Shown here one piece after another: positions 21,101-30,127 of a stretch of 60,369 nt of DNA (within the stretch, counting starts at the first letter, position 1; each line of letters opens with the position of its first letter). The DNA is from a virus (lineage: Duplodnaviria > Caudoviricetes), in IMG/VR virus record IMGVR_UViG_3300037963_002318, positions 1 to 60,369 of that record; one strand, given 5' to 3'. A model generated the notes under the pieces. It was not told the DNA's origin and searched no databases. It saw only the letters and a program-made list of their open reading frames with translations. The position numbers and the translations under genes were made by a program.

Positions 21101-22357
21101 ACCGTTGCTCTTAACATCTAATTCCCAACCGTACATATCAGCCGCAGTAAATCGAGAACCGTCTGCCTTTGTGCCTATTGAAACGCCTGTGGCAACGCTA
21201 GTACCATTTTTAATTACATCATAAGTACCTGCCGTATAATTTAGTATGAAGTCGTAATCATCCCAGCGTTGATTCATGTTATTATTAGCATCATTCCAAT
21301 TACCTAATCCAGCAAAGCCGCCATAAACTAAACCGTCGGGAGTTATTTCGTAATCAATAGCGGCTCTTGTGTAGCCAGTATCTCCACCAACTACTGATGT
21401 AAATGCGGTGCCCTCACAACCAATACGAAGTCTAAGAGTAGGGCCACCTTGGTGCTTTGCCGCATACATTCTAATCGTAAATATATCCCCATCACCTTTG
21501 CTATTTAGTGAACCATCATATGATAGGATAGGGTCAAATGAAGTTGATGTAGTATATGCGTCTATACTAAGGAACGGTTTGCCTGCTGGAGATGTGATGG
21601 GATAAAGCCATGCTCTAGGCTGACCTGCTCCCCATGACGACGAAGAACCGTCTAAATCGTCACAATTAGGGGCTTCTCCGCTAAATACGCCGGTTAGATG
21701 TGTTCTAACTACCTTGGCAGGGGTTCTAGCCGCCGCAAGAGGCAAACCAGCGTCACTTGCTAAAGCACCGCCCGTATTTTGGTCGGGAACCTGTTGTGCG
21801 CTACGGCCAAATGTGGAGTCGTTTGTACCTATTGCAGCAAAATACCTACCGTTAGTGTTGTAGCCGTTACAGAATAGCATATAAGCCTCAACTGCCGCAT
21901 AATTAGAGTTAGATACGGTTGTTTGGTATGCTTTGGTGGCACCACCAAGAATACCAGTACCGCCATCAAACTTTTGACGATTAGCGTTAGTCAAAGAATC
22001 CGGGTATTGTAACTGCACAAGACCTTCATAAGCACCTACTGTGCTTCTCCTATTCATATCAATACCTAGCCACTTGTCAACACCACTATTGAAGGCTTTT
22101 CGTGTGTCAGTTGTTATGCCTGCGTTATTGAATTGTGCGCTGGCACCATCACCACGCTCAACCCAAGCATAAGCGTACCTAGGATTTAGCGGTGCCCAGC
22201 CGTTAATAGGGTTGCCTTGGTGTGTCTTTGAGGAATGCCATAATAGGCCCGGAGTATTACTTTCATCGGGCACTGCTCTTGCGCCCATAAAGTCGTCATA
22301 ATATCCGGCCATCCAAAATGTGTACTTTCTATCAACTGTTCTAACCACTATTCTCAC
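15131..22357 (-). CDS. giant tail-tip/baseplate hub and host-recognition protein
   Basis: 2408 aa, G/T/S/N-rich beta-type sequence directly after the tape measure; hub-like segments (ITNVRVFY...). Real start may be GTG at 22348 after a GGTGA RBS. Confidence 0.7.
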   Translation of the reverse strand: MRIVVRTVDRKYTFWMAGYYDDFMGARAVPDESNTPGLLWHSSKTHQGNPINGWAPLNPRYAYAWVERGDGASAQFNNAGITTDTRKAFNSGVDKWLGIDMNRRSTVGAYEGLVQLQYPDSLTNANRQKFDGGTGILGGATKAYQTTVSNSNYAAVEAYMLFCNGYNTNGRYFAAIGTNDSTFGRSAQQVPDQNTGGALASDAGLPLAAARTPAKVVRTHLTGVFSGEAPNCDDLDGSSSSWGAGQPRAWLYPITSPAGKPFLSIDAYTTSTSFDPILSYDGSLNSKGDGDIFTIRMYAAKHQGGPTLRLRIGCEGTAFTSVVGGDTGYTRAAIDYEITPDGLVYGGFAGLGNWNDANNNMNQRWDDYDFILNYTAGTYDVIKNGTSVATGVSIGTKADGSRFTAADMYGWELDVKSNGTHGKTYVLIDRVGMIRPLNDYPLSTTEMPPVLDFAYNSTINSTSKLNLKIADDDADLKLLSYFDKSNYSDSTILMFRDNIDRPIWRGTTTSLTYNRKSDRQFIINLQAIDYFEDMDRAIPTWELGSSGTGDSTTQVAYNRADSQNNLNVFYFGAETLSLANASLGYNEGEDGDGVWKTRLDSRMRRASAHPIQLYNSEDTIGPNNAYADWDTHIGGTSGNTDAQYRVLHSRWVKDLPKSPWFSHMFGKIKNNALLTGTTTSAITVGSTTSLTANMPPFNTGTGNVSFEIVDADNFVDHGVATAITPTNTTNPFRMVLCQEEPTYLDAVFGADFFGFVILQFPTALFNFHRQYIRISGITDSASGGLTGNESRLNGVWQLKKFGWPFHKQTSGGTQYTNYVLCDPNNNFDRKRFTVNFTSTPTSSAGGYVTKNIGNPFGFKNNFSAREIAPIMLPTSNIDVGYGGCTLTLPTTNFLQRDHSTGATITLRDIDDDYKHIWVLWADMRNDGNANADAMKRDKKFGLMLPHSANYNLSLGISETDISATQERTNFVDLNLGEDIDLWEMDATADPITGNPWSAISGGSNTESNSKYHNWEDKAGAFVIIDASKFFNLNTTSNGGKTGQSSAGRKEIGDFLTETEGFPVLVDNYWQRAICAYNNANEDTASAGAGSPFLWSANYKYLLNNSTSLATDIQVGDTIIQLNDSNLPSNVALPAGIPDLTAKTGRLMSDAVVIALTSEEKKKIYHAVTQGALATITQDGVYGGSGSNPGVHIQPGSYLDGSTSARPDAQLDDDTFVIDCRPGFTSIGIGSDPRPDMGALRVGHKITLSNSTGTTTNVDGDYVIEDIIPEAAYSSGGSTNVNGPWLVLRQNNVPSGTITAGYAHLHFPGTYFMRGLFDLGVPVLGTKVTGEWNGAGYGSESNVYFDKGVSSNTSGTSGTGTGYIGIADASSFSDSGTVIVGNPNFQFSGPAAQAAFTYTGKNTTTTPHRLTGITYLGGGSSIISGTPIPVYEIRNYENNAEYLAILNSLIQSPRTGFAVTTTTKEDANALNASTTSSGYTDLVVRSGLANIFPMRLIMSLTGFVESKGTATWYDSDKIRAAYSDCLNKNWLSQSSVKGMPDINTVPITKDMVTTFEPYIEATSGVPFSGQAGLITNIAAPSSGHSVITCSNPHALSDGDTITILSSQPLGLLTSQQNYVVSDTTSTTFKIPRTAALSAGSVLGRWRKANRVEQYGSVNDCRNETYATIFQSTQEKSGIGDDYDTRKVFTWMVGRDGKPSLRPNYSSGYTFNTTNLRVSDLQTSNKEHITNVRVFYAGNGSYVDYPSAQLGSSPRWQIEDRPEISTKAEAFAFAKTEYEKYKTPPMKISAKILRIDEQNTILGSNDNMISGARYGYVADQSRAIPYGYSTSATSANYTWNSLWGGNLFPGMVSALDGRDGDCTRPTGAVAYNNNYWWYGSNSLSYAVQIVHIPRNMPKTTQKTPGGGKINADGRLRMVIDIVDSLGADIGYDELEFQLSLHDYDWTDNEFAATSRSVSRIQFDANGYYEIDIPSTYWATGRDGTERIVVSINYEYLKALVRERCPSTNYTRNGNSYAGKTHSTLNAGSIFPLGMRKINSNVQYWGERAEWYAPRLEITDDINFLPATNISYTDSALELSNEVLGIKSIGWSVSQGTETVSFTLERDISRSAKGLTSFFGTGGGNDAGPWKPLPPPTGGTPGGFPVGPGAGDAGFPAQGGFGFVGGFGAITAGTTQGSEFDPTTLAGTGNRPNGTGINDNSATILNANNVGRGLNNQIKGVMDFNTDSSTGGSFSVLGQKKPSQPPINSTGVEGVDSFITPVAGDAVMSDNGMSFAGATDATTSYTAFSVTSRIPNDVVNDVVRVTGRYTMEADDGVAEVTVKAECVETGAYIEQDMILNPATNGFITLFSGSLGGLDTPNNTIKITIGREAGLNNDTAQFSSLIIHNVQVASDRRSVTGSPEAQSYSFGA

Positions 22358-25300
22358 CTATGTCTGTAACGCTACTACTCCACCGTTTGCGGCATAACTC
22401 TCTAACACATTGATAATTCTTTGTGCCGCCGCCTCTTCATTAAAGAATCCGTGGAAATTGTTTGACATAACAATGTCCATTTTATTGTATAAGGTACCTA
22501 CTCCCTGTGTAACTACTTGTTTGTACAAAGAGCCTGTAACATTTCCATATTTACCACCAAAGAATAACTCCTCCCTAGCCCCAGCAAACTTGTAAATATC
22601 ATCAGTTAGATTTTCAATTTCATTTCCTATTAAGGAAATATTGTCTATTGCCTCCTCAGCACCTTCTTCTGATAAAATACTATCCCTTGTGCCTTCAGTC
22701 ATCATAGCATCACTAATTGCTTCAATAAACTCAAATGCTTCGGGTTCGAGGAAGGACTGTAAAGCATCTAAAATATCATCATCTAGTTTCTGCTGGTCTT
22801 CAAGCAGTATCTTCTCTAAGTCCTTGAGCATTTCATACTCATCGTACATATAATCTCCTTGTATAGCATCATCACTAAATAACCCACTCTTCCTCAAAGT
22901 TGCTAAGTCTTGAGTCATATAGTGGCTTTCATCCCTAAGACCTATATTTGTCAACGCCTGCGTACTCCCCATTGAAGCGAAATCTGCCATTTCTTCAAAC
23001 CAGTCAACGAAGGAATCTGCTGGCCCCTCATAAGCCTTATACAAATCCTTGAAATCTCTCTTTAGGTTAGCGGTTTCTAGCAACCCTGCTTCATTCTGTA
23101 TTGCTTTCAGTCCTTGGGCCAAATCTAGTGCGGATTCTGTTGCCGCCCTTTGTTTAGCATCCATAAAGTCGTATGAGTCATTTAGTTTGTCGATAGTTTC
23201 ATCTAACAACTCGGAATCATTTTTCAAGTCCTGTATTGAAATACCACTTAAACCTAATTCTTTAGCAAGCCACTGCTGGTCGTCAGTAAATAAAGAGGTT
23301 TGTGTTCTTAGGCGAAGTAATGTGTCAGTTTGTTTGTCAAGAGTTTGGGTTACTGCTTCGGTAGCCTCCCTATAATCTTCTTGTGTGGAATTGACATAAG
23401 CAAGCGTACCTACTACTAACGCCAAAGGCCCAAGTGCCCTAGCCACCGAGCCAGCATATACTGTCCATGATTTACCTGCTTCTATATTTGCCGTTATTAA
23501 AGCATACTGGGTAGTAATAAAATCTTTAGTGGTTTTTGCTAATGTGCCTAATGCGGGGACTAAAGTAGTTGACATCATTACTGTGGATGCGGTTGCGGCA
23601 TTTACTCCGGGTACCATGCCTATTGCGATAGAAGATACTGAGGACAGGGCAAAACCAAACTTTCGTGCTGAGTCGGCGGCTTTAATTTGGGCTTTATCTA
23701 ACCCTTCATCACCGAGTTTTTTTGAGTAATGCTTTGTTTCCTCGGCGGTTTCAGCCAAACCTTGTGTAATTATTTTTTCTAAGTTAACCCTTTCCTGTGT
23801 TGACAGGTTCAAGTCCCTTTGAGCCTGTTCTAATTCTTTAGTAGCCTGCTCTATTTCCTCGGTTACTGGGCCTAATTGTGTCATTATATCGAACATTTCG
23901 CCCTTAGTAATCACCGATTCATTCTCAAGGGTGGTAAGTGCAGATTGTAAATCGGTCTGCCTTTGTATCATCATGCCGTGAAGGTCAACGGTTTTAAGTA
24001 GGCTATCGGTCTGCATTTGATGACCCAATGTAGTTTCACCAAGCCTACGCAAAGCCGCATCTGATTGTTTATCTATGTTCAACCTTCTCTCATTTACAGT
24101 GCCGTAGTTTTCAATGTACTCATTTAATTCGGTTTCTAAATGGTTATACATTCTCGCTTCGTGTTGTAAATCAGCAACATATTGTTTTTGAGATTCGCTT
24201 AACTCTTTATTTCGGGACTTTGCTACTGCCGCCGCATTTGCCATGTTGGCTTGCTCGCTTGCATTCTTCGCCATAGCATCGTTTAGTTGAGTAATAACTC
24301 TTTGTGAAGCGTGGTACTGGTCTATGTTACTACCGGTATCACGGCGGCCACCACCAGTGAAAGTCTTTTCCCTAAGAGTATCTGCGGTTTGCTCCGCTAT
24401 CAACAGTGTGTTGATTGCATCAGTTTGTTGTTTGAGCATTCTATTTTTACGCTCAACAAACATAACATCTTCTTTGCTAAGTCTTGCTACTTGGTCGTGT
24501 GCAAGGACTACTCTTCTCATGTGTGCTTCATGTGCGGCACTCTTTTCATTGAATATCTTATTGTATTGTTTTTCTAGTGTTAATTCACTATCTTGAGCCT
24601 TTAACTGCTGGTTATAGTAAAGAACCCTATCCATTCTATTACCTATACCCTTTTCATTAATGATATTGTACATACTGGCTAAACTGTTCAACTCCTTCTG
24701 CGCTTTCGCAGATTGCTCATCAAGGCTAAGGCCGTACTCTTCTAATCTATTCCTTTCATTAAATAGATGTGCATTTTCACGCTCGGCAGTTTTTATTTGT
24801 AGGGTTAAAGCATTCGCCCTCTCCCTGTGCCTGTTGATTAACTGATGGTGATACTGAATAGCCTGTAATAGTACCTTTTCCTCCTTAGTAGCCTGTACAT
24901 TGAAGTCAAAGTATGTTGCCTGTTTGCTATGTAATGTTTCATTAGCAATTAGAATACCATGCAGGTCACGCTGGACAGACTCAAACATACCCATACCAAT
25001 AGATAACGACTGTATTCCCAATCCAAACTTAACGAACCCACCAAACAACTGTCCGAATGCGGTCATCCTACCCAGTATTCTTAACAAGTCCTCGCCAAAT
25101 GTGTCAGCAATAGCGACTTGCATTTCAAGTATGTCGTTCTTGGCTTCTTTTTGTGCTATCAAAAACGGCGACAGGGACTCTCCCATCGACGCTTTCATAT
25201 TTTCAGCCGCCGCATCTGCTCTTTCTAGTTGGTAGGCAAACGATTGCATAGCCTTCTCGGCCTGTTCTGATGCCGAATCAATATCTTCGGTAGCCTGTGC

Positions 25301-26305
25301 CGCTAAGGTTACGGCTCGCTCTTGGTTTTCCATCAACTTGATGAAACGGACATAGTGCCTGTTACCAGCGATAGTCTGTGCGATATTCTGCTTTTGGGCT
25401 GAAGTCATCCTGTCCCAACCCATATCAACAAGTTGTTGTGTGATATGGGTCATAGTGTTCATTTCACCGTTAGTATTCATTACTTCAACGCCCATAGCCT
25501 CTAACTCGGTTCTTGCACCACCGATGTCACCACCCATACGAGCGTAAATCATACGCAAGGCACGACCAGCCGCACCTGCTTCTTCACCGGCTTCGAGTAG
25601 CACCGCAGACATAGCCGCCATGCTTTCAAAAGACTCTCCTACTAACGCTCCCTGTGCGGCGAAGTTTGTCATAGTTTCCACTAATTCACCTTCAACCGCT
25701 ACCGACCGGTTAGCAATTGTGTTAAGTGCGTCAAGAGCAAACGCCGATTGGTCGGTTAGTATCTTTTCCTTTTCCATCTGCGATAGTCTTTGGAATTGAG
25801 CCGCATTCAAATCTCCATACAACACACCTGTTTGTTGTTGCAGTTTGATAATACCCTTCATAGCCTCTTCGGAGTTTAGGTCTGATATGTTAGATAGGAT
25901 TTCAGCCTGTTCAACCAACAGTGGGATATTCTCATTACCAACAATGGCCGCTACCTGTGCCGCCCTTGAACCTGCGGTTAACGCTTCAGTACCTACTTTA
26001 GCATATTCTAAACCAATTACCTTTAATTCTTCGGACATAGCCTTTTGTTGGGCTGGTTGAGCGTCATAAAACTTCTCGAACTCGACTTGGGCTTTACCCA
26101 TTTCAATTGTTACCTGTTTTAATTCACCAATGTACACGCCTATGGCTCTCGATACATCTTCGATAGGTTTTAGCATAGCCTCGAAAGAGTCGAGACTAAC
26201 CGCCTTCATAACATTCATAGCGGTTCTATGGTCTTGAATTAATTTACGAGCGTTAAAGCCCGCAACTACATTGAAGAATACTTGGGATGCGCCAACTCTT
26301 GTCAT
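22358..26305 (-). CDS. tail tape measure protein
   Basis: 1315 aa, helical, TP901-type core (AGEEAGAAGRALRMIYARM..LEAMGV), follows the tail chaperones. Confidence 0.9.
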   Translation of the reverse strand: MTRVGASQVFFNVVAGFNARKLIQDHRTAMNVMKAVSLDSFEAMLKPIEDVSRAIGVYIGELKQVTIEMGKAQVEFEKFYDAQPAQQKAMSEELKVIGLEYAKVGTEALTAGSRAAQVAAIVGNENIPLLVEQAEILSNISDLNSEEAMKGIIKLQQQTGVLYGDLNAAQFQRLSQMEKEKILTDQSAFALDALNTIANRSVAVEGELVETMTNFAAQGALVGESFESMAAMSAVLLEAGEEAGAAGRALRMIYARMGGDIGGARTELEAMGVEVMNTNGEMNTMTHITQQLVDMGWDRMTSAQKQNIAQTIAGNRHYVRFIKLMENQERAVTLAAQATEDIDSASEQAEKAMQSFAYQLERADAAAENMKASMGESLSPFLIAQKEAKNDILEMQVAIADTFGEDLLRILGRMTAFGQLFGGFVKFGLGIQSLSIGMGMFESVQRDLHGILIANETLHSKQATYFDFNVQATKEEKVLLQAIQYHHQLINRHRERANALTLQIKTAERENAHLFNERNRLEEYGLSLDEQSAKAQKELNSLASMYNIINEKGIGNRMDRVLYYNQQLKAQDSELTLEKQYNKIFNEKSAAHEAHMRRVVLAHDQVARLSKEDVMFVERKNRMLKQQTDAINTLLIAEQTADTLREKTFTGGGRRDTGSNIDQYHASQRVITQLNDAMAKNASEQANMANAAAVAKSRNKELSESQKQYVADLQHEARMYNHLETELNEYIENYGTVNERRLNIDKQSDAALRRLGETTLGHQMQTDSLLKTVDLHGMMIQRQTDLQSALTTLENESVITKGEMFDIMTQLGPVTEEIEQATKELEQAQRDLNLSTQERVNLEKIITQGLAETAEETKHYSKKLGDEGLDKAQIKAADSARKFGFALSSVSSIAIGMVPGVNAATASTVMMSTTLVPALGTLAKTTKDFITTQYALITANIEAGKSWTVYAGSVARALGPLALVVGTLAYVNSTQEDYREATEAVTQTLDKQTDTLLRLRTQTSLFTDDQQWLAKELGLSGISIQDLKNDSELLDETIDKLNDSYDFMDAKQRAATESALDLAQGLKAIQNEAGLLETANLKRDFKDLYKAYEGPADSFVDWFEEMADFASMGSTQALTNIGLRDESHYMTQDLATLRKSGLFSDDAIQGDYMYDEYEMLKDLEKILLEDQQKLDDDILDALQSFLEPEAFEFIEAISDAMMTEGTRDSILSEEGAEEAIDNISLIGNEIENLTDDIYKFAGAREELFFGGKYGNVTGSLYKQVVTQGVGTLYNKMDIVMSNNFHGFFNEEAAAQRIINVLESYAANGGVVALQT

Positions 26306-26309
26306 GTTA

Positions 26310-26546
26310 TCACTCTCCCTGTTTTACAACAGGTATGCCCCGTTGTTTTAATAATTCGACTACTTCGTTGCCGCTTAACTCTTGACCCGCCTTGTGTCGG
26401 CGTTGTTTAACTCTCTCCATCATGGATTTGCCATCTTTATTGGCTTTACCACTGGCTTCTCTAACTTGGTCTTGCATTTCGTTTAATACGGCAAGGTCAT
26501 ACTCAAATTGATACATTCCCCCTTTAGCAGTATATTTCATCAACAA
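26310..26546 (-). CDS. tail assembly chaperone C-terminal extension (gpT-like), likely reached by -1 frameshift
   Basis: Frame stays open upstream to the slippery heptamer at 26615-26609. Confidence 0.65.
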   Translation of the reverse strand: MLMKYTAKGGMYQFEYDLAVLNEMQDQVREASGKANKDGKSMMERVKQRRHKAGQELSGNEVVELLKQRGIPVVKQGE

Positions 26547-26599
26547 GTCACTTGGTACGGCTCCTTTGTACGATGAACATAATGCGGGGGCTACCTTGC

Positions 26600-26956
26600 C
26601 TAAGAGTCCAAAGGGATTGCGCCCTCCGGCTCTCCAATCCCTCTAACAAAATTAAACACCTGCATCAATTCATCCTTGTCAAGCATGTTGACATCGAAAT
26701 CATCGGGCAGGCATGGGGGAATCATTTCCGTTATTTGTGAATTAACATCTCCGCCAACATCTTCAAGAGCCACCATAAACTCTTCTTGTTGCTCGTCAGT
26801 CCACTCGTCTTGGTTTAAGCCGAAGTGCTTAAACTTGCGGAATGTTTTGGCTAGTAGGGTTTCAAACTTGAGTCGCTCCATACCGGAGGCTTGGCGTACC
26901 CAAATCTTCTTTGTTCCAATTTCAAACTCTTTCTTTAGTATCGGCATCTTTTTCAC
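26600..26956 (-). CDS. tail assembly chaperone (gpG-like)
   Basis: Acidic 118-aa ORF between tail tube and tape measure with a slippery site at its end. Confidence 0.7.
   Translation of the reverse strand: MKKMPILKKEFEIGTKKIWVRQASGMERLKFETLLAKTFRKFKHFGLNQDEWTDEQQEEFMVALEDVGGDVNSQITEMIPPCLPDDFDVNMLDKDELMQVFNFVRGIGEPEGAIPLDS
26609..26615 (-). other. -1 ribosomal frameshift heptamer C CCT TTG
   Basis: X XXY YYZ in the correct phase just before the stop; the -1 frame joins the 26310..26546 ORF. Confidence 0.7.
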
Positions 26957-27164
26957 TCTTCTTTGCTTTACTTTTCTTTGCTGGCTTTTTTGCCTTAGTT
27001 GTCTTTTTCTTTACTTCGACAACTGGTTCTTCGACGACTACCGGTTCTTCAACTACCGGCTCATCGTCTTGAATAGATAGCCCTTTTGTTAGGACTACGG
27101 ACTTTACTTTTCCGATTATTTTTCCTACTGATTTTCGCATCTTAATCACCTTATTGGTCTTCAA
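26922..27164 (-). CDS. small low-complexity protein (VEEP repeats, Lys-rich tail)
   Basis: Fills the operon gap; likely start is ATG 27140. Confidence 0.45.
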   Translation of the reverse strand: MKTNKVIKMRKSVGKIIGKVKSVVLTKGLSIQDDEPVVEEPVVVEEPVVEVKKKTTKAKKPAKKSKAKKSEKDADTKERV

Positions 27165-27348
27165 ACATTATGTAGCAAATAACTTTGTTATTCCTTGAGT
27201 TTCTAACGAAGTTTAGGTCGTATAGACTGTCGCCAGCCGCCAAACTGCTTCTGAGAACCGCTTGAACCAATGTATCAATATCCGACATATCACCCTCAAC
27301 TGCGACAACAGTTAGTTTCGCTGGGTCGGTTACATTACCTGCTGGCAT
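27151..27348 (-). CDS. hypothetical virion-module protein
   Basis: ATG ORF in the tail operon. Confidence 0.55.
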   Translation of the reverse strand: MPAGNVTDPAKLTVVAVEGDMSDIDTLVQAVLRSSLAAGDSLYDLNFVRNSRNNKVICYIMFEDQ

Positions 27349-27353
27349 CTAAA

Positions 27354-28427
27354 TCACGCTACCGAATACTTTACTCCGCTTGCCAACTCGGTTGAAGCGG
27401 CGGTGTGAGTTAGTACAGTTTCAGTCATTACATTGTCTGAGTCAACAAGAGCCACGAAGTTTAGGCTTAGGCTTTGTGTGTCACGACCACTAATGTTTGC
27501 GGTTGGTGCCTCCCAGCGTACTTTACGAATACCCATTACAAGGGATTGTGTACCGTTGGTTAGTGTTAGTTTGATTGCTGGGTCAGCAGTTACACCATCG
27601 TACAACTTGCCACCGCTTGTTAGAAGCATGTCGTAACCCGGAATGCTTGTACCGCTTGTTGTTGAAGCGTCTGAAAACTCAACTGTTCCTGTGATTTCAC
27701 GCATTCCCGGCTCCGGTTGGCGAAGGTATGTTCTGTCACCAATCGAGCAAGCCGCATCGGTGTCAAGGTTCATGTTAAACTCCATGCTGATTGAGTTAAT
27801 CTTAGTTGACTCAACTCCGGTTGCGCCTGCTTCTGAAAACTTAACTTCACCGTCTGCGAAGTGGAATCCGTCTAGTGCGGCACCGCCGAATGTTGGGGTT
27901 GCCAATGTGGTAACGCCCGACTCAGATTTTCCTGTAAAATCAACGGACATAGTAACATATTCACCGTGGGAGCAGTTAAGGCTAAGTCTGCTAACACACA
28001 TTCCAGTGTATGTGTGTTCCTTTTCCTCACGGCCTACTTCAAGGGTGAAGGATGGTAGGATATTTGCACTGTGTTCCTTGAATGTGTGTACGAAGGAGGA
28101 TATTGAGTACCCACCGCTACCCGGTGTTGCGCTATCGCCATAGATACCGTAAAGGCAGTTGCCCAAAAGGTCATCGGGTTGTACTACAAAGTTAATACCA
28201 CCTTCTGAGTATTCCTTTCCATTTACGGACTTTGCCGCACCGTATCTGCTAACATCTGCTCTTGTCATCAAGTCAAATCTATATTGTATGCTTTCATCGT
28301 CAATTTCACCGTACTTCATGTTTGCGTGTCCAGTCAAAACCGATGCAGTGCCGTATGAACGGGCACCGGTGCTGGTAGTCTGCTCAGGTGTCATGGCGAA
28401 ATATCTATATGCGAAATTAGAGGTCAT
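27354..28427 (-). CDS. major tail tube protein
   Basis: Typical tube motifs: LPSFTLEVG, YTGMCVSRLSL, REITGTVEF, LSLNFVAL. Confidence 0.8.
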   Translation of the reverse strand: MTSNFAYRYFAMTPEQTTSTGARSYGTASVLTGHANMKYGEIDDESIQYRFDLMTRADVSRYGAAKSVNGKEYSEGGINFVVQPDDLLGNCLYGIYGDSATPGSGGYSISSFVHTFKEHSANILPSFTLEVGREEKEHTYTGMCVSRLSLNCSHGEYVTMSVDFTGKSESGVTTLATPTFGGAALDGFHFADGEVKFSEAGATGVESTKINSISMEFNMNLDTDAACSIGDRTYLRQPEPGMREITGTVEFSDASTTSGTSIPGYDMLLTSGGKLYDGVTADPAIKLTLTNGTQSLVMGIRKVRWEAPTANISGRDTQSLSLNFVALVDSDNVMTETVLTHTAASTELASGVKYSVA

Positions 28428-28476
28428 ATTACCTTCACCTGTATGTCGCTACTAATGGTTTGTTATTTGAAGGTTA

Positions 28477-29598
28477 TTACCGATGTAGCATGTTTAATTG
28501 ACGCATGTATGTCAATTCCATACGGTGAACGCAGATAACTTCGTCATTATCCATTTTAGTATCGAAGGTAATAGAGTAATCGGTTAGGCTATCAGTCGTG
28601 CCTTTAAGCCCGGTGTTAGTATAGATTTCATCGAAAGCATCACCAGCAATCTCCATTCCTTGACGATAAGCATTCTTGTAATCTGTGCCTCGGGTAGTTA
28701 TAAACAGGATTAAGGTGAAAAATTGCTTGATTCTTGTACCACCCACTGTGTCAAAGTTTGGTGAATCCATCTTCTGTAAAATTACATGAATGCTGGGGGG
28801 AGCGATTCTTGAAATCTGCTGGCTAGATATATCGTAGCCGTATAGGATGGATGAGTCATCAACAAGGTTTTTGATAAAGAATCGCTTGCTATTCTGCAAT
28901 AGATTTACCACTGAAAGACCCATACGAATAAGACTGTCAGATACAAAGGCACTTGTGGATAATTCGTCAGGACTGAACGAACCCATGTTGGTAGTATAGA
29001 CATTATTCCATAGAATCGTTCCATCGTCATTCCCCCACTGTATCTTCTTGGATGAACCTGCACTGCCTGTCACTTCAAGATAGTTGGTAGCCGCTAAATC
29101 ATCTTCAACTATCTCTCTCATATACAAACGGGCTTTACCGGTCGCACTATCTAGTGTTAGGCGAAGCATGATAGGCACTGCCTCGAAACCATCTGCTTGT
29201 GCTAAATCTAACTCTCTCGATGTAACAGTAGTAGTGCCTACTAATTTTAGAGTCTGTGAATTGCCGGTAGCATGGACTTCAACCTTGTGTGTTCCGTTAT
29301 CTAATTTCATAAGAACGGTGCCGTCAGATGGTGCCACCGAGTATTTGAAACAAACAACAAGAGTATAGTCATCAGTTGTTGGGGTTACATGCCAAAGTTG
29401 ACCGCTACCTGCACTAGCAATCTGCCAAGCCTCGCCAACGGCTGAACCATCTGAACCCGTACCTGTCAAAGTAAAAGACTCGTTATCCTGTCCATAATCG
29501 GTTAGGTTTGATGGGTCGCCACCATTCATGCGAGAAGTCCAATATTGATTAGTAGTTGATATTGCCACGGCCACCACCCCACGCCTCATTAAAAGCAT
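28477..29598 (-). CDS. tail terminator-like protein with N-terminal beta-sandwich domain
   Basis: C-terminal ~150 aa has a terminator-like pattern (PPSIHV...FTLILFI); precedes the tail tube. Likely start is GTG 29568. Confidence 0.5.
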   Translation of the reverse strand: MLLMRRGVVAVAISTTNQYWTSRMNGGDPSNLTDYGQDNESFTLTGTGSDGSAVGEAWQIASAGSGQLWHVTPTTDDYTLVVCFKYSVAPSDGTVLMKLDNGTHKVEVHATGNSQTLKLVGTTTVTSRELDLAQADGFEAVPIMLRLTLDSATGKARLYMREIVEDDLAATNYLEVTGSAGSSKKIQWGNDDGTILWNNVYTTNMGSFSPDELSTSAFVSDSLIRMGLSVVNLLQNSKRFFIKNLVDDSSILYGYDISSQQISRIAPPSIHVILQKMDSPNFDTVGGTRIKQFFTLILFITTRGTDYKNAYRQGMEIAGDAFDEIYTNTGLKGTTDSLTDYSITFDTKMDNDEVICVHRMELTYMRQLNMLHR

Positions 29599-30118
29599 CT
29601 ATTATTGCCGCCTCAATCTTCGGGCTAACTGCATCTCTCGCTTTGCTCAACCAATCAATTGATTTGAAACCGGGATGCACCATGTTATTACCAGTTTTAG
29701 CGTTGATAAACCCTAAGCCAGCACCAAAAGTTAGGCTATTTTCTATTGTTTTGAATGTGAACGGGTAGTCAAACTTGGGAGAGCCGTACTCAAGATACTG
29801 TGCTAATTTACCACCACGGGAACCTGTGACACCGCCTTCATCAATAGGGTCGGAACCAAAGCGCACTTCTGCTTTTTGATTGTGATTTTCACCTATTTCC
29901 ACTATTAAGGAATCTGCTACCTTTTGTGCCATAGCCTGTTGCCTAACTGGTGCGTCACGCTTTATCTGTGACTGTGATGTAGGAATCTGCGCCTTTAGTA
30001 CATCGTAAATGGCATCAGCCATAATTTCGGCAGATGTTCTTTCCATCTCCTTGATAGCCGCATCAGTTTGACGGGTATCAATCTCGAGGGAAAATCCCAT
30101 ACCAAATCTATTTACCAT
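29549..30118 (-). CDS. neck/tail completion protein (HK97 gp10-like)
   Basis: AQYLEYGS...HPGFK..WL motif; position in the module. Confidence 0.65.
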   Translation of the reverse strand: MVNRFGMGFSLEIDTRQTDAAIKEMERTSAEIMADAIYDVLKAQIPTSQSQIKRDAPVRQQAMAQKVADSLIVEIGENHNQKAEVRFGSDPIDEGGVTGSRGGKLAQYLEYGSPKFDYPFTFKTIENSLTFGAGLGFINAKTGNNMVHPGFKSIDWLSKARDAVSPKIEAAIIDAFNEAWGGGRGNINY

Positions 30119-30127
30119 TTAATCCCC

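Noticed and set aside
22355-22360. Stop-codon readthrough fusing the tape measure to the giant tail protein (TAG followed by in-frame GTG)
   Set aside because: A GGTGA RBS precedes an in-frame GTG at 22348, so ordinary reinitiation explains it.
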